A DNA stretch of 64,000 bases from Candidatus Doriopsillibacter californiensis (GTDB lineage: Bacteria; Pseudomonadota; Gammaproteobacteria; Tethybacterales; Persebacteraceae). A program made the position numbers and the translations under genes. The notes beneath the pieces were generated by a model. The model saw nothing but the letters and a program-made list of their open reading frames with translations. It was not told the origin of the DNA and did not search any database. The stretch is taken from the NCBI GenBank assembly GCA_030386295.1, contig JANQAO010000001.1:135546-199545 (forward strand). Direction: 5' to 3'. This document shows, one piece after another, positions 13,119 through 23,980 of this stretch. Position 1 is the first letter of the stretch. The number at the start of each line of letters is the position of its first letter.

Positions 13119-14320
13119 GGGATGATTTTCTCCTGGGATGTTTCATGTGAAACCAATTGTTCGGCAATATGGGCGATTAATGCTTGAGCTGCTTGGGGCT
13201 TGGGTTGGCGCGGTAACGAAATTTCCCCTGCGGAAGAAATAATCAGTAGTTCACTGTCATTTTTGCCTGCATCGCTGAGTGCGTTGGCGGCAATGACGGA
13301 TAATTTTTTTTGCTGTCGTTTTTTGCGGGCGGCTGTGGCGCGGGTGGTGGCATTACCGCTTTGGGCGGCGAAGCCGACGGCAAATAATCGTGGGTATTGT
13401 TCGGTAATAGCGCTGAGGATGTCGGTTGTCGGGTTGAGTTGTAATATTAATACGCCTTCTTTGTGGGCAATTTTCCCTCGTTTGGGCGTAGAGGGACGAA
13501 AGTCCGCCACCGCCGCTACGGAGATGAAGACGTCCGCACGACGGCATTCCTCAATGGCAGCGGCGAGCATTTCTTTGCCGCTTAGTGCGCGTCGCAGAGG
13601 TAACGGTGGTGGTGGTGCGGTAGTTTGTCCAGCAAGAATAACGACCTCCGCGCCTGCCTGGTGGGCGGCTTCGGCAATGCAAAAACCCATGCGCCCACTG
13701 CTCATATTGCTGATAATTCTCATATCATCCAAGTATTCCACCGTGGCTCCGGCGCTGATAACAAAGCGCAGACCGTTCAGAGGTCGAGTTAATCGATTTT
13801 TCAATTGTTGAATAATATTTTCGGGTTCTGACATTCTTCCTTCGCCGTTTTCACCACAGGCTTGTACGCCGCTATTTGGTCCGATGACAGTAACGCCGTC
13901 CGCTAGGAGTTGTTGGATATTGCGCTGAGTAGCCGCGGCCCGCCACATTTGTTGATTCATTGCCGGCGCGACTAGGCGTGGAATGTCTGCGGCTAAAAAA
14001 GTTGAAAGTAAACTGTTATCGGCAATACCAGCGGCGGCTTTAGCTAAAAAATCAGCGCTAGCAGGTGCTATCAGTAGTGCTGTGGCCGAACGAGAAAGAT
14101 GGATATGGTCCATACCATCTGCGGATAGTGGTGCATTCCATTCATCTGTGGCAACGGCCCGCCCGCTTAATGCGCGAAAAGAGGCGGTGCCGACAAAACG
14201 TGTTGCCGCTGGAGTCATAATGACTTGCACTTCATCACCTTGTGCCGTCAGGAGCCGAGTTAATGCCGCCGCTTTGTAGCAGGCAATGCTACCGCAGACG
14301 CCTAAGATTATGGTTCCCAT
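13115..14320 (-). CDS. coaBC: Bifunctional phosphopantothenoylcysteine decarboxylase / phosphopantothenate--cysteine ligase
   Basis: N-terminal flavoprotein domain ([20 protein letters not shown]) plus a C-terminal DFP/CoaB domain. 401 aa. Confidence 0.9.
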   Translation of the reverse strand: MGTIILGVCGSIACYKAAALTRLLTAQGDEVQVIMTPAATRFVGTASFRALSGRAVATDEWNAPLSADGMDHIHLSRSATALLIAPASADFLAKAAAGIADNSLLSTFLAADIPRLVAPAMNQQMWRAAATQRNIQQLLADGVTVIGPNSGVQACGENGEGRMSEPENIIQQLKNRLTRPLNGLRFVISAGATVEYLDDMRIISNMSSGRMGFCIAEAAHQAGAEVVILAGQTTAPPPPLPLRRALSGKEMLAAAIEECRRADVFISVAAVADFRPSTPKRGKIAHKEGVLILQLNPTTDILSAITEQYPRLFAVGFAAQSGNATTRATAARKKRQQKKLSVIAANALSDAGKNDSELLIISSAGEISLPRQPKPQAAQALIAHIAEQLVSHETSQEKIIP

Positions 14321-14814
14321 AATTTAAATTGTAGCATTGCACATCAAGATGACAGAATATAAAAGAGAGAGTAAAATATCGTAGAGAACGAAAAAAGAAG
14401 AGTTCAACCGCTGACGGTGTTGATGGCGCCAATCATTCCGGCTGTAACCGACAGCGAAATAGAATAATTGCTTTTTGCCGCCGCTACTGCTGGCGCACAG
14501 CATGCCGGTTATGTGGTGTTGCGGCGGCCACACGAAGTAAAAATGTCTTTGAAGATGGGCTTCATTAGCATCTACCGCTCCGAGTGCAAAGGGTTATGTC
14601 ACAGGTGCGCGAGATTACAATCCCGAATTTTTTCCCCGCCAAGGGGCGTGGAGTATTGGCAGATCTTATTGCTACACGCTCTACTGCGGCGCGGCATCGC
14701 TATGGGTTGAATTTGCCGCGTCGCCAAGAATTGTGCTGCGATCTGTTTCGTCCACCATCGGGGGACAATTGAGGTTGTTATAAGGAAATTATAAAAGTCA
14801 ATGCCGAATTGCTT

Positions 14815-15861
14815 TTAATTCGGTTGCCGCATCGCCGCTCGTTTGAGACGATCGGTTACGGCTGTCCATTGTGGCGGTGGTGATTCCACCCAGATAATGT
14901 CAGCTTGCATGGCATCTAATTCGCGTAATAGTGCGTACAGCCGGTGTGCATAATCATCAATATTGTCTGTCGCCTGCCGCCACAATGGTTTGGGCACGGC
15001 GTCTGGACGGTGGCGTGACAATGCGGCAATTGTTTTTGCGGGAGGGCGCTGCCAGGCCACATCGGGGGCAAGCAACAGAGGTGTGTTTGGAGCGTAGTGG
15101 CAAGGTAATCCTCCTGGAACTCGTAAAAAGCCAGACGGTGGCAATAATTCACCGTTCGCGGCAGTAGTAATGTCATCAGCGGACAACATGCCGGGACGCA
15201 TGATAGACAAACGTTCATTAAGGCAACTGACGATAGTTGATTCGATTCCCACCGTACAACTGCCACCGTCTAAAATATACAAATCTTCTACAGTGGAAAA
15301 CTCTTCTCGTACATGAGCAGCGGTGGTTGGACTGAGCCGCCCAAAACGGTTGGCGGATGGTGCTGCTACGCCGCCACCAAAAACGGCGAGTAATTGTTGC
15401 GCTTGCGGATGTGCTGGCACACGTAAAGCGACAGTTTTACCACCACCGGTGGTATGTGCTGCCGCTGGACCTGCGGGTAGTAGCAGCGTGAGCGGACCCG
15501 GCATAAAAGCGGCCGCTAATTTTTTTGCTACTTGTGGAATTTCTGCTGCCCACAGCGAAGCTGCGGAAAAGTCTGCTAAATGAATAATTACCGGATGGTT
15601 GCGGGGGCGTTTTTTGAGCGCATACAGTCGTTCCACCGCTTCCGGATTTTGAGCATCTGCGCCCAAGCCGTATACCGTTTCTGTGGCAAAAGCGACAAGC
15701 TTTCCTGCACATAACTGTGCCGCACCTGTTTCAATTTTCGTGCCGATAACGGGCATTTTAGTCGTGCAATTTTTTGGACCAAAAACCCACATCATGTGGA
15801 GCACCAAACTTCCAGCCGGCACCGGACAGTGTGCCGCTGTGGACAAAATCAAACTTTTCAT
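14815..15861 (-). CDS. tsaC: L-threonylcarbamoyladenylate synthase, Sua5-type (YrdC domain plus Sua5 C-terminal domain)
   Basis: ETVYGLGADAQNPEAVERLYALKKRPRNHPVIIHLAD YrdC motif followed by a Sua5 C-terminal domain. The true start is probably the internal Met near 15756, which would remove the overlap with the upstream GNAT gene. Confidence 0.8.
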   Translation of the reverse strand: MKSLILSTAAHCPVPAGSLVLHMMWVFGPKNCTTKMPVIGTKIETGAAQLCAGKLVAFATETVYGLGADAQNPEAVERLYALKKRPRNHPVIIHLADFSAASLWAAEIPQVAKKLAAAFMPGPLTLLLPAGPAAAHTTGGGKTVALRVPAHPQAQQLLAVFGGGVAAPSANRFGRLSPTTAAHVREEFSTVEDLYILDGGSCTVGIESTIVSCLNERLSIMRPGMLSADDITTAANGELLPPSGFLRVPGGLPCHYAPNTPLLLAPDVAWQRPPAKTIAALSRHRPDAVPKPLWRQATDNIDDYAHRLYALLRELDAMQADIIWVESPPPQWTAVTDRLKRAAMRQPN

Positions 15862-16261
15862 GCATTCTCACGCTGGCCGAGTTAGGCAATGCAATGACCG
15901 CTACCGCTAAGCGAACATCGCTTGCTGCCAACGCTTGAAGTAAGCCGCTCAAAAGCTTCCCGCCGATTCCTTCGCCTAGTCGTGTGGCTTGCACGTACGC
16001 ACTTACTTCCACCGTATAACGGAAGGCACATCGAGTGCGCCAGATATCGGCGTAAGCATAACCAACAACGTCATCTCCTTCAGCAGCAGCTAAAAATGGC
16101 GAGACAATATCAGCTTTTTCAATAAGATAAGAAAAATGTGATGGGGGCAAAGGCTTTTCCTGAAACGTGTTGGTGGTGTGCAACACGTAATGTTCATAAA
16201 TTGCAGCACAAGTAGCGGCGTCGGCAGTGATGGCATCGCGTATGATTAAGGTGTGGGACAT
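15758..16261 (-). CDS. GNAT N-acetyltransferase, phosphinothricin / methionine-sulfoximine acetyltransferase (PAT/YwnH) family
   Basis: 167 aa PAT-like fold with an acetyl-CoA binding motif (GEGIGGKLLSGLL). Confidence 0.7.
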   Translation of the reverse strand: MSHTLIIRDAITADAATCAAIYEHYVLHTTNTFQEKPLPPSHFSYLIEKADIVSPFLAAAEGDDVVGYAYADIWRTRCAFRYTVEVSAYVQATRLGEGIGGKLLSGLLQALAASDVRLAVAVIALPNSASVRMHEKFDFVHSGTLSGAGWKFGAPHDVGFWSKKLHD

Positions 16262-16351
16262 GCTATTAATTTTAACGTACTGTTGGTAACGACTATCGCG
16301 GTCTGACTTATTTTCACAGAAAGATGGCTTTTTTCAGCATTGCGCTAATGG

Positions 16352-17665
16352 TTAGCAAATGACTAGGTCTACGGGGTAAGTTGACAATCGTTCCACGCCG
16401 GTTTGGGTAATTAGGACTTGCTCTTCATATTTAACGCCTTCGCCACCGTCACGCCGACCAATGTAGCTTTCTACACATATCACCATGCCGTCTTTCACGC
16501 CGTCTTCAAGAACCTCATCTTCCCATTGGTGTGGATAAGGTACGGCAGGATATTCGTCACATAACCCTACCCCGTGGTACAGCACTGAATAATGGCGATA
16601 AGTCTCATGCGGATACACTAGCGCGCGTTTTACCAACTCTTCCCAGCTTATGCCGGGACGCAGTAGAGAAATGTTGTTTTGTACCTGTTCCAAAGCACGT
16701 TCGTAAAGATCTTTTTGCGCTGGCGAAGGGTTGTCTGCGCCAACTAGCCAAGTGCGGGAAATATCTACGCAAACTCCATAAGGACCGATTAGATCGGTGT
16801 CAAACGCTAACATCTCTCTGGCTTGCACGGGCCGAGAGGAACTTTCTTGAAACCACGGATTGGTACGTGGTCCTGCTGATAAAACGCGTGTTTCAATCCA
16901 TTCTCCACCACGGGCGATATTTTCGGCGTGTAAATATGACCACAGTCGGTTTTCGCTGACGCCCGGCTGGACATGTTCGCGCATGACATTAATAGCGGAA
17001 TCGCAGGCAGCGTTAGCACAACGCATCGCAGCAATTTCATCGGGACACTTGATTAGGCGAGCGTTTTCCATAAGCTCTTCACCGTTGACGATTTTTACGT
17101 CAAATTGGCTTAAATGTGACGCCCCTTCCGGATTGATACGGTCAACTGCTAACCGCATGCCACCGGTGCCGCGCATCAAATCGGCAATTTCTGCCGCCCA
17201 TTCACGGGCATGGCGGTCAACGGCGGCACCGGAAGAAAAATAAAACCAAGAGCGTGCCGGCCGTACCTCGTCAATTAGTGGATTATGTGTTGAAAGATGT
17301 TCGCATTCATGATAATCAAAAACAATGACGGGTCCTTCTGCGGCGACAAAGCAATAACGAGCGGCATCATGCATTGTCCACAATTGCATGTTGGTGGAAT
17401 CGGTGGCATAGCGAATGTTGAGCGGATCAAATAGCAATATCGCCGTCAAATTTCGCTCCCGCAGCATTTGCTGCACCCGCTGTAGGCGATAGGCACGTAC
17501 GGTATCCATATTTGGTAGCGGTAGACCCAGCGCTTGCCATTCCGATAAGGCGGGCTCTCCCGGCCCCAGCAAGTGCATGTTGAGAGCGGAATCGTAATCA
17601 TAAGGAATGGTAGGCTTTTGGCGAGCGCCTATTTTTGCTTGGTGCCGAGCTGTTATTTCAGTCAT
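16352..17665 (-). CDS. M24-family metallohydrolase (creatinase / Xaa-Pro peptidase-like, 437 aa)
   Basis: Creatinase_N-like N-terminus plus a pita-bread C-terminal domain with metal ligands (HGVGL, E..L). The subfamily (prolidase, ectoine hydrolase or DddP-like) cannot be resolved by eye. Confidence 0.65.
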   Translation of the reverse strand: MTEITARHQAKIGARQKPTIPYDYDSALNMHLLGPGEPALSEWQALGLPLPNMDTVRAYRLQRVQQMLRERNLTAILLFDPLNIRYATDSTNMQLWTMHDAARYCFVAAEGPVIVFDYHECEHLSTHNPLIDEVRPARSWFYFSSGAAVDRHAREWAAEIADLMRGTGGMRLAVDRINPEGASHLSQFDVKIVNGEELMENARLIKCPDEIAAMRCANAACDSAINVMREHVQPGVSENRLWSYLHAENIARGGEWIETRVLSAGPRTNPWFQESSSRPVQAREMLAFDTDLIGPYGVCVDISRTWLVGADNPSPAQKDLYERALEQVQNNISLLRPGISWEELVKRALVYPHETYRHYSVLYHGVGLCDEYPAVPYPHQWEDEVLEDGVKDGMVICVESYIGRRDGGEGVKYEEQVLITQTGVERLSTYPVDLVIC

Positions 17666-17747
17666 GAACGTAATTCCTTACCGTTCATCTAAGTCGGTTA
17701 ATGATATTATTGCGGCTTTAATATCTTTTTTTAGAAAGGTAAATTGC

Positions 17748-18764
17748 ATGAATATATATTACCAAAAAGACGCCAATTTAGAACTGTTGGCACAGAAGAA
17801 AGTTGCCGTTATCGGCTACGGTTCGCAGGGGCACGCACACGCTAACAATTTGAAAGAAAGCGGTATTTCTGTTGTTGTCGGCTTGCGTAAAGATGGTGCA
17901 TCATGGAAAAAAGCAAAAGCTGCGGGATTGGAAGTAGCGGAAATTTCAGCTGCCGCCGCTGCTGCCGATGTAGTAATGCTTCTCATGCCTGATGAACTGC
18001 AGGGAGATATGTATCGTGAGCACATACACGGCGTTATCAAAGAAGGTGCCGCGCTGGCTTTTGCGCACGGCTTCAACATTCACTATAACCAGATAGAGCC
18101 GCGTGAAGATTTAGACGTTATTATGATAGCACCGAAAGGTCCCGGGCACTTAGTGCGCTCCACTTACGTTGGTGGCGGTGGTGTGCCCTGTCTTATCGCT
18201 ATGGCACAGGATAAAAGCGGTAACGGGCGCGACATCGCACTTGCTTACGCTGCCGCTATCGGTGGTACACGAGCAGGCGTGATTGAGACTACCTTTCGCG
18301 ATGAAACTGAAACGGATTTGTTTGGTGAGCAAGTCGTTTTGTGCGGCGGTATGGTGTCGCTACTAGAGGCTGGCTTTGAAACGTTGAACGAGGCTGGCTA
18401 TGCTCCGGAAATGGCATATTTTGAATGTTTGCACGAACTTAAGTTAATTGTTGATTTGTTATACGAGGGGGGCATTGCCAACATGCAATATTCCATTTCT
18501 AACACGGCGGAATACGGTGCGATTAGCCGTGGCCCACGCATTGTCAATGAGCAAGCCAAAGCGGAAATGAAAAAGATTTTGACCGAAATTCAAAACGGTT
18601 CTTTTGCTCGTGAGTTTATTACCGAATGTCGCGCCAACAGCCCGACACTCAAAGCCACTCGCCGCCGCACTGCTGCTCAACCAGTAGAGCAAGTGGGCGA
18701 GCGCTTGCGCGCGATGATGCCGTGGATTAGCCAAAACCGTCTTGTTGACCGAGATAAAAATTAA
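17748..18764 (+). CDS. ilvC: Ketol-acid reductoisomerase
   Basis: [35 protein letters not shown] Rossmann N-terminus. The ORF-track start at 17607 is an upstream extension and the Met at 17748 fits the family N-terminus. Confidence 0.9.
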   Translation: MNIYYQKDANLELLAQKKVAVIGYGSQGHAHANNLKESGISVVVGLRKDGASWKKAKAAGLEVAEISAAAAAADVVMLLMPDELQGDMYREHIHGVIKEGAALAFAHGFNIHYNQIEPREDLDVIMIAPKGPGHLVRSTYVGGGGVPCLIAMAQDKSGNGRDIALAYAAAIGGTRAGVIETTFRDETETDLFGEQVVLCGGMVSLLEAGFETLNEAGYAPEMAYFECLHELKLIVDLLYEGGIANMQYSISNTAEYGAISRGPRIVNEQAKAEMKKILTEIQNGSFAREFITECRANSPTLKATRRRTAAQPVEQVGERLRAMMPWISQNRLVDRDKN

Positions 18765-18821
18765 TTCGCTGTTTGCCGCGAAAGCGGCATTAACTGTATT
18801 TTTATTCCAGCGGTTTGTGAA

Positions 18822-19460
18822 GTGCCGTCGGAACGTGGCATGACGATTGCACCAGAGGGTAGATGGATTGTTAGCGGCGTAGTCGCGCTGGCTGTTGCGT
18901 GTTTTTGGATATGGGGATGGGCGTCTTGGCCTTTGTGGCTGCCGTCAATTGTAATTATCCAATTTTTTCGAGAACCTGCGCGTCATATCAACGCGGACAA
19001 TGATGCAATTCTTTCGCCTGCCGACGGACACGTTGTTTTTGTGGGCAAGGAAAAATCTCCTATTGACGGTTCGCCGGCGGTCAAAATTAGCGTATTTATG
19101 AGTGTGTTTAATGTACATTCCAACCGTAGTCCGGTAGCAGGTATTATTTTGCAATCCGAACGCTTTGCGGGCAGTTTTTTTAACGCCGCATTAGATAAAG
19201 CGTCTCACAATAATGAGCGACATCTGATTGAAATTAACAGCCCTCATGGACGCGTTGTTTGTGTGCAGGTAGCGGGCTTGTTAGCGCGTCGCGTGCTGTG
19301 TTATTTGAAGACCGGCGATACCGTTAAAGCGGGACAACGTTACGGTTTTATCCGTTTTGGTTCCCGTGCAGATTTATATTTGCCGCCGCATTGCGTGCCG
19401 TTGGTGGCGTTGGGTGATAGTGTGAAAGCAGGCATTACCTGCATGGCAACAGTGGCGTGA
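18822..19460 (+). CDS. psd: Phosphatidylserine decarboxylase-related protein (short, archaetidylserine-decarboxylase-like form)
   Basis: 212 aa with an N-terminal TM segment and a C-terminal GSR/GST-type self-cleavage region (FGSRAD). It sits adjacent to pssA. Confidence 0.7.
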   Translation: MPSERGMTIAPEGRWIVSGVVALAVACFWIWGWASWPLWLPSIVIIQFFREPARHINADNDAILSPADGHVVFVGKEKSPIDGSPAVKISVFMSVFNVHSNRSPVAGIILQSERFAGSFFNAALDKASHNNERHLIEINSPHGRVVCVQVAGLLARRVLCYLKTGDTVKAGQRYGFIRFGSRADLYLPPHCVPLVALGDSVKAGITCMATVA

Positions 19461-20209
19461 GCGCTATTCGTCGACCGCGGCATGCAGTATATTTGTTGCC
19501 CAATGCGTTTACGACGGCGGCGCTATTTGCCGGCTTTTTTGCTATTTTACAAGCTGTGCAGGGAAACTGGCAGGCGGCAGCACTGGCCGTGGTGGTGGCG
19601 GCAGTACTAGACGCTTGTGACGGACGTGTGGCGCGTTGGACCGGAACTCAAAGCTCCTTTGGTGCAGAATATGATTCGCTAGCAGACGTTATTTCTTTTG
19701 GTGTGGCGCCAGCGTTGATTATGTATCAATGGTCTTTGATGGCGTTGGGGAAAATTGGTTTGGGTGCGGCGTTTTGCTATTGCGCAGCGACGGCTTTGCG
19801 ATTGGCACGATTTAACGTTCAAAGTGGCGGCGACAAACGGTTTTTTATTGGCTTTCCGTCGCCGGCGGCAGCGATATTGTCGGTGTCGGTCGTGGCTACC
19901 ATTGATGCTGTCTACGGGGTTGATTACATCGTAAGTGTGGGGACAGCGGTGTTGGCAATATTGCTTGCCGGAACAATGGTAAGCGGTGTGTTGTTTTACA
20001 GTTTTAAAGATGTCAATATAAAAAAACGTATTCCTTTTCGTTATGTGGTATTTTTCTTTCTCGCCGCCGCCGGCGTGTACCAGATTGCCGATAATTTAAT
20101 GGAAGTATTGTCTGTTTTGCTAGGTGGTTATTTTGCTTCCGGCTACGGTATTTTGTTTTGGAAAAAATTAATTCGCAAGCAAGCCACTCATCCGCCGCGC
20201 CGAGAATGA
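19457..20209 (+). CDS. pssA: CDP-diacylglycerol--serine O-phosphatidyltransferase (CDP-alcohol phosphatidyltransferase family)
   Basis: D..AR....S..G...D...D motif (DACDGRVARW...GAEYDSLADV) in a multi-TM protein, overlapping the psd stop. Confidence 0.8.
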   Translation: MSAIRRPRHAVYLLPNAFTTAALFAGFFAILQAVQGNWQAAALAVVVAAVLDACDGRVARWTGTQSSFGAEYDSLADVISFGVAPALIMYQWSLMALGKIGLGAAFCYCAATALRLARFNVQSGGDKRFFIGFPSPAAAILSVSVVATIDAVYGVDYIVSVGTAVLAILLAGTMVSGVLFYSFKDVNIKKRIPFRYVVFFFLAAAGVYQIADNLMEVLSVLLGGYFASGYGILFWKKLIRKQATHPPRRE

Positions 20210-20406
20210 ATGCTCAATAAGGCTGTTGTAAACTTACATTTAACGGAGGTTTAAATTTGATTGCGGTGAATGCGATAAATAAAAACAAAGAAATTATTAC
20301 TGTCTAGAAAAAGTGAAAAGTGGTTTTTCCCACTAGCCATTAGTGTTTGATATCGGCGTAAAAAAACGCGAAAGTTATTTTTGATCAAACAAGAAAGACG
20401 TCAAAA

Positions 20407-20886
20407 TCAACGCATTTCCAGCACTGCCGTCAATACTGTAGCAGCGTGATTTTCAATAGATTTGATATTGCGCCATTCATGCGCTAACCGACCTTCTTTG
20501 TCGATCACGAAAGTACTGCGCACGATGCCTCGAACGGGTTTGCCGTACATTGTTTTATTTTTCATTACGTCAAATTGATTGCATATCGTTTCATCAGGGT
20601 CGGCTAACAGGTGGTGGCTGTAGGCGTATTTAGCGCGAAATTTTTCGTGCTTTTTTAACGTATCGCGTGAGATACCCAACACTGTGGCGTTAGCTGCAGC
20701 AAATTTTGGTAATAGCGTTGAAAATTCGTTGCCTTCAATCGTACATCCCGGGGTGTCATCGCGTGGGTAAAAAAATAGCACGACACTCCCGCCACGCAGG
20801 GCAGATAATTGAAAGTCTCCGCCAGTGCTAGCTAAAGTAAAATCATCAACGGCGTTGCCAATATTCATAAGTTTTTCCTCAATCAA
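20407..20886 (-). CDS. bcp: Thiol peroxidase Bcp (peroxiredoxin Q)
   Basis: FYPRDDTPGCT peroxidatic Cys motif. 159 aa. Confidence 0.85.
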   Translation of the reverse strand: MIEEKLMNIGNAVDDFTLASTGGDFQLSALRGGSVVLFFYPRDDTPGCTIEGNEFSTLLPKFAAANATVLGISRDTLKKHEKFRAKYAYSHHLLADPDETICNQFDVMKNKTMYGKPVRGIVRSTFVIDKEGRLAHEWRNIKSIENHAATVLTAVLEMR

Positions 20887-21529
20887 GTAGGCGAATATTA
20901 AGCCACTCGTTTAAATCTTGCAATTCTTCAGACGAAATGGCGTGTGCGATAGGGTATTCTTTATAAGTTATCGGCCAGCCGCCAGCTATCAGCCAGTCTC
21001 GGCACTGCGTCGCCCACTTCGGCAACACCACTGGATCAAGCGTTCCGTGTGCTTGAAAAATCGGTAATTTTCGATTGGCCGCTGCTGCATCTTTTTCCAG
21101 TGTTTTTTCCAACAGTAGATAGCCGGATAGTGCCGCTACGCCACCTAGTGATTCGGTATGACGTAACCCTGCATACAGCGATATGGCGGCACCTTGCGAA
21201 AAACCGGCAAGAAATAGGCGGTGCGACTCTACGCCACGGCTTTTTTCTACGGCTAGTAGATTTTCTATAAAGGCGGTTGCTTCACGTGCTCCGACGGCAT
21301 CTTGTCGCGACGCTAAGTCGGCACCGACAATGTCGTACCAAGCCGGCATTTGCCAGCCGCCGTTGACGGTTATCGCCCGTGTTGGAGCGGTTGGAGATAT
21401 TACGCGCAAGCGTCCACCCGCCAGTTGCTGTGCTAGAGGATGCAAATCGGCACCGTTGGAGCCTAATCCGTGCAGCAAAATTAAGCTGCCTATAGGTTTC
21501 GGCGGGTTGTATTCAAGGGCGTCCGTCAC
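20879..21529 (-). CDS. Carboxylesterase / phospholipase family alpha/beta hydrolase
   Basis: LILLHGLGSNGADL, nucleophile elbow GFSQGAA and a downstream His. PF02230-like. Confidence 0.75.
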   Translation of the reverse strand: MTDALEYNPPKPIGSLILLHGLGSNGADLHPLAQQLAGGRLRVISPTAPTRAITVNGGWQMPAWYDIVGADLASRQDAVGAREATAFIENLLAVEKSRGVESHRLFLAGFSQGAAISLYAGLRHTESLGGVAALSGYLLLEKTLEKDAAAANRKLPIFQAHGTLDPVVLPKWATQCRDWLIAGGWPITYKEYPIAHAISSEELQDLNEWLNIRLLD

Positions 21530-22085
21530 AATGGGTTCCTATTAGTTTGAATAATTTTTCCCAATCAAATGCTGGACCGGGATCGGTTTTTCGTTTGGGA
21601 GCAATATGTTCGTGCCCGGCTACCGCTAATGGTGTGTAGCAGGCGGCAAGAGACTGAATGAGTGTGGTCAACTTTGTATATTGCACGGTTTCGTAAGGAA
21701 TGTCATCAGTGCCTTCCAATTCTACGCCGATGGAAAAATCATTAACTTTTGTTTTCCCGCGCCAACACGATTCACCAGCATGCCAAGCGCGGCGGTTGCA
21801 AGATACAAATTGTGTTAATTGTCCGTCTCGCCGCAACAAAAAATGTGCTGAGACTCGCAAATTTCGTAAGGTATTGTAAAACGGATGAGAGTCACAGTCC
21901 AAAGTGTTTCTGAACAAATGTTCAATAGCATCACCATCAAACATTCCCGGAGGTAGCGAAATACCGTGCACTACCAGCAAGCGAACAGCTTTATCGGAAC
22001 GATCGTCTTGATTGGGGCTGTACAAATGAACGGTGTCGCTCATCCAGCCGTTGTTATCTAAATTCATAATGGAATAATTATGCAA
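21513..22085 (-). CDS. ampD: 1,6-anhydro-N-acetylmuramyl-L-alanine amidase
   Basis: Amidase_2 fold with the conserved HGISLPPG..., AWHAGES zinc-ligand region. Confidence 0.8.
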   Translation of the reverse strand: MHNYSIMNLDNNGWMSDTVHLYSPNQDDRSDKAVRLLVVHGISLPPGMFDGDAIEHLFRNTLDCDSHPFYNTLRNLRVSAHFLLRRDGQLTQFVSCNRRAWHAGESCWRGKTKVNDFSIGVELEGTDDIPYETVQYTKLTTLIQSLAACYTPLAVAGHEHIAPKRKTDPGPAFDWEKLFKLIGTHCDGRP

Positions 22086-22953
22086 AAGCCGCCGCTAACC
22101 CAGCAAAAACAAAAGCACCAAACCAATGATTGGCGCGAAAAGCTGACAAGCAAGCAGCGGGTTGGCGGGTACGATATAACTGCCAAAAGCGAAAAACCAA
22201 CGACATGGCAGCGATTAACGCCACTTGATAAGCCGTACCCAGCACATACCAGACACCAAGAAAGGACAGCCACAGCACCGCCGCTGCATACAATAAACTT
22301 ATTGCCGTGACATCATTGTTATCTAGCCATACCGCGCTACTCTTGGCCCCGGCTTTAATGTCATCGTCGCGGTCACACATAGCGTAAATGGTGTCATAAG
22401 CGAGTACCCAAAGCCAATTAGCGACCACAAACAGCCACGCTTGCAGTGGTGGTGATTCTCCACGCACGGCGGCATAAGCGATGGGGATGCCGAAACTAAA
22501 AGCCGCACCCAAGACCATTTGCGGCACAGCAAATATTCGTTTGGCCAGCGGATACGCCGCCGCCAGTGCTAGTCCAGCCAGAGCCCACAATTGAGCAATA
22601 GCGGGTAATTGTAAAAATAACGCCGCCGCGATGAGTAAAAAAAATGCGGCGACCATTGCTGCTTCCGCTACGCTAATACGCCTTGCTGCCAATGGTCGAG
22701 TGCGGGTACGCGCCACTTGCGCATCCAGTTTTCGGTCAACAATGTCGTTGACGGCGCAACCAAAGGCGCGCATGGCGAAGACGCCGGTAACAAAAATCAC
22801 CAGCCAGCGTGAGCCTGGCCAGCCTTCTGCCGCGAGCCATAGTCCCCACAGAGTCGGCCACAGTAGTAGCAGTGAGCCAATCGGTTTGTCAAAGCGAGCA
22901 AGTGATAGATAATCCAACAGTCGTAACATGGCGATTGGGAAATAATATTGCAA
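22078..22953 (-). CDS. ubiA: 4-hydroxybenzoate polyprenyltransferase
   Basis: N-terminus LDYLSLARFDKPIGSLLLLWPTLWGLWLAA, an NDxxDxxxD motif (VNDIVDRKLD) and a multi-TM profile. Confidence 0.9.
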   Translation of the reverse strand: MQYYFPIAMLRLLDYLSLARFDKPIGSLLLLWPTLWGLWLAAEGWPGSRWLVIFVTGVFAMRAFGCAVNDIVDRKLDAQVARTRTRPLAARRISVAEAAMVAAFFLLIAAALFLQLPAIAQLWALAGLALAAAYPLAKRIFAVPQMVLGAAFSFGIPIAYAAVRGESPPLQAWLFVVANWLWVLAYDTIYAMCDRDDDIKAGAKSSAVWLDNNDVTAISLLYAAAVLWLSFLGVWYVLGTAYQVALIAAMSLVFRFWQLYRTRQPAACLSAFRANHWFGAFVFAGLAAAFA

Positions 22954-23100
22954 GAAAATGTGTCATTACTAGTATGGCATAAACAGGCAACGCATTGTAC
23001 CCGCTTTGCGGTGGGTGCTTTGCATCAACTGTGCCGCGCATGATATAAAGTCTTGTTTGCCAAGCATCGCCGTCTTCTTTTCATTATGGACTTTTGTATT

Positions 23101-23166
23101 ATGAAAAAAATGCTTTTACTGTGCATGTTTCTCTCATTCGTGCGGAGAGAGAGGGCTTTTTTCTAG
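23101..23166 (+). promoter_or_regulatory. Possible leader-peptide/attenuator: a 21-codon ORF (MKKMLLLCMFLSFVRRERAFF) ending in a hairpin plus T-run (TCTCTC-N9-GAGAGA GGGCTTTTTT), 1 nt upstream of the GNAT gene start
   Basis: Seen in the sequence. A + strand intrinsic-terminator-like structure with no upstream + strand gene to terminate. Confidence 0.2.
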
Positions 23167-23167
23167 A

Positions 23168-23896
23168 ATGACATATCAACTCAACAGTGTCGTTGTTACG
23201 TCGCCGCCGCCATCCGCTCCCGCACCTACCATACTAAGGGGAAAATACATCACGCTTGAGCCTCTGACCAATGATGGTGCGTTATTTGAACGTTTGTACG
23301 ACGTGTCACACGGTGATGTCACTCGCGAAAAGGTGTGGTATTTTTTGCCGTATGGTTCTTTTGCTAGCGCCAAAGAGATGCGGTGTCATTATGTGGAGCT
23401 GTCCAGCGGTAAAGACCCGATGTTTTATGCGGTACGTCATCATGATGATGAGCAAGTGGCGGGAATAGTAAGTTACTTGCGCATTCAGCCGGCGGCGCGC
23501 AGCATAGAAATCGGGCACATATGGCACGCCACGGCACGCCAGCGTGGTCGCGCTAATACCGAAGCGGTATTTTTGTTGATAAAAAACGCTTTTGCGCTCG
23601 GATACCGGCGATTGGAATGGAAATGTAACGCACTTAATGTGCGCTCACGACAGGCAGCGTTGCGATTGGGATTGGCTTTTGAAGGTGTGTTTCGTCAATG
23701 TACTGTCGTCAAAGGCAAAAATCGTGATACAGCGTGGTTTGCCTTATTGGACGTGGATTGGTTGGTGGCGCAGCAAAACATGGAACAATGGTTGGAAGCA
23801 CCCTTGGGTGAAATTTCGTTGACGGAATGCAATTTGCCATTGGTCAAATGGTCGTTGCCGGCGCATGACGCATGGGCGGTTAGCAAAACCGTTTAA
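23168..23896 (+). CDS. GNAT family N-acetyltransferase (RimJ/RimL-like)
   Basis: 242 aa with an acetyltransferase core. Confidence 0.65.
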   Translation: MTYQLNSVVVTSPPPSAPAPTILRGKYITLEPLTNDGALFERLYDVSHGDVTREKVWYFLPYGSFASAKEMRCHYVELSSGKDPMFYAVRHHDDEQVAGIVSYLRIQPAARSIEIGHIWHATARQRGRANTEAVFLLIKNAFALGYRRLEWKCNALNVRSRQAALRLGLAFEGVFRQCTVVKGKNRDTAWFALLDVDWLVAQQNMEQWLEAPLGEISLTECNLPLVKWSLPAHDAWAVSKTV

Positions 23897-23980
23897 TTTG
23901 GCGGGCAAAACACGCTTATGGATGGTGAATGTGATATGATTATTTTCTGCCGTAAATTCCACCGTACTGGAGTATAAAAC

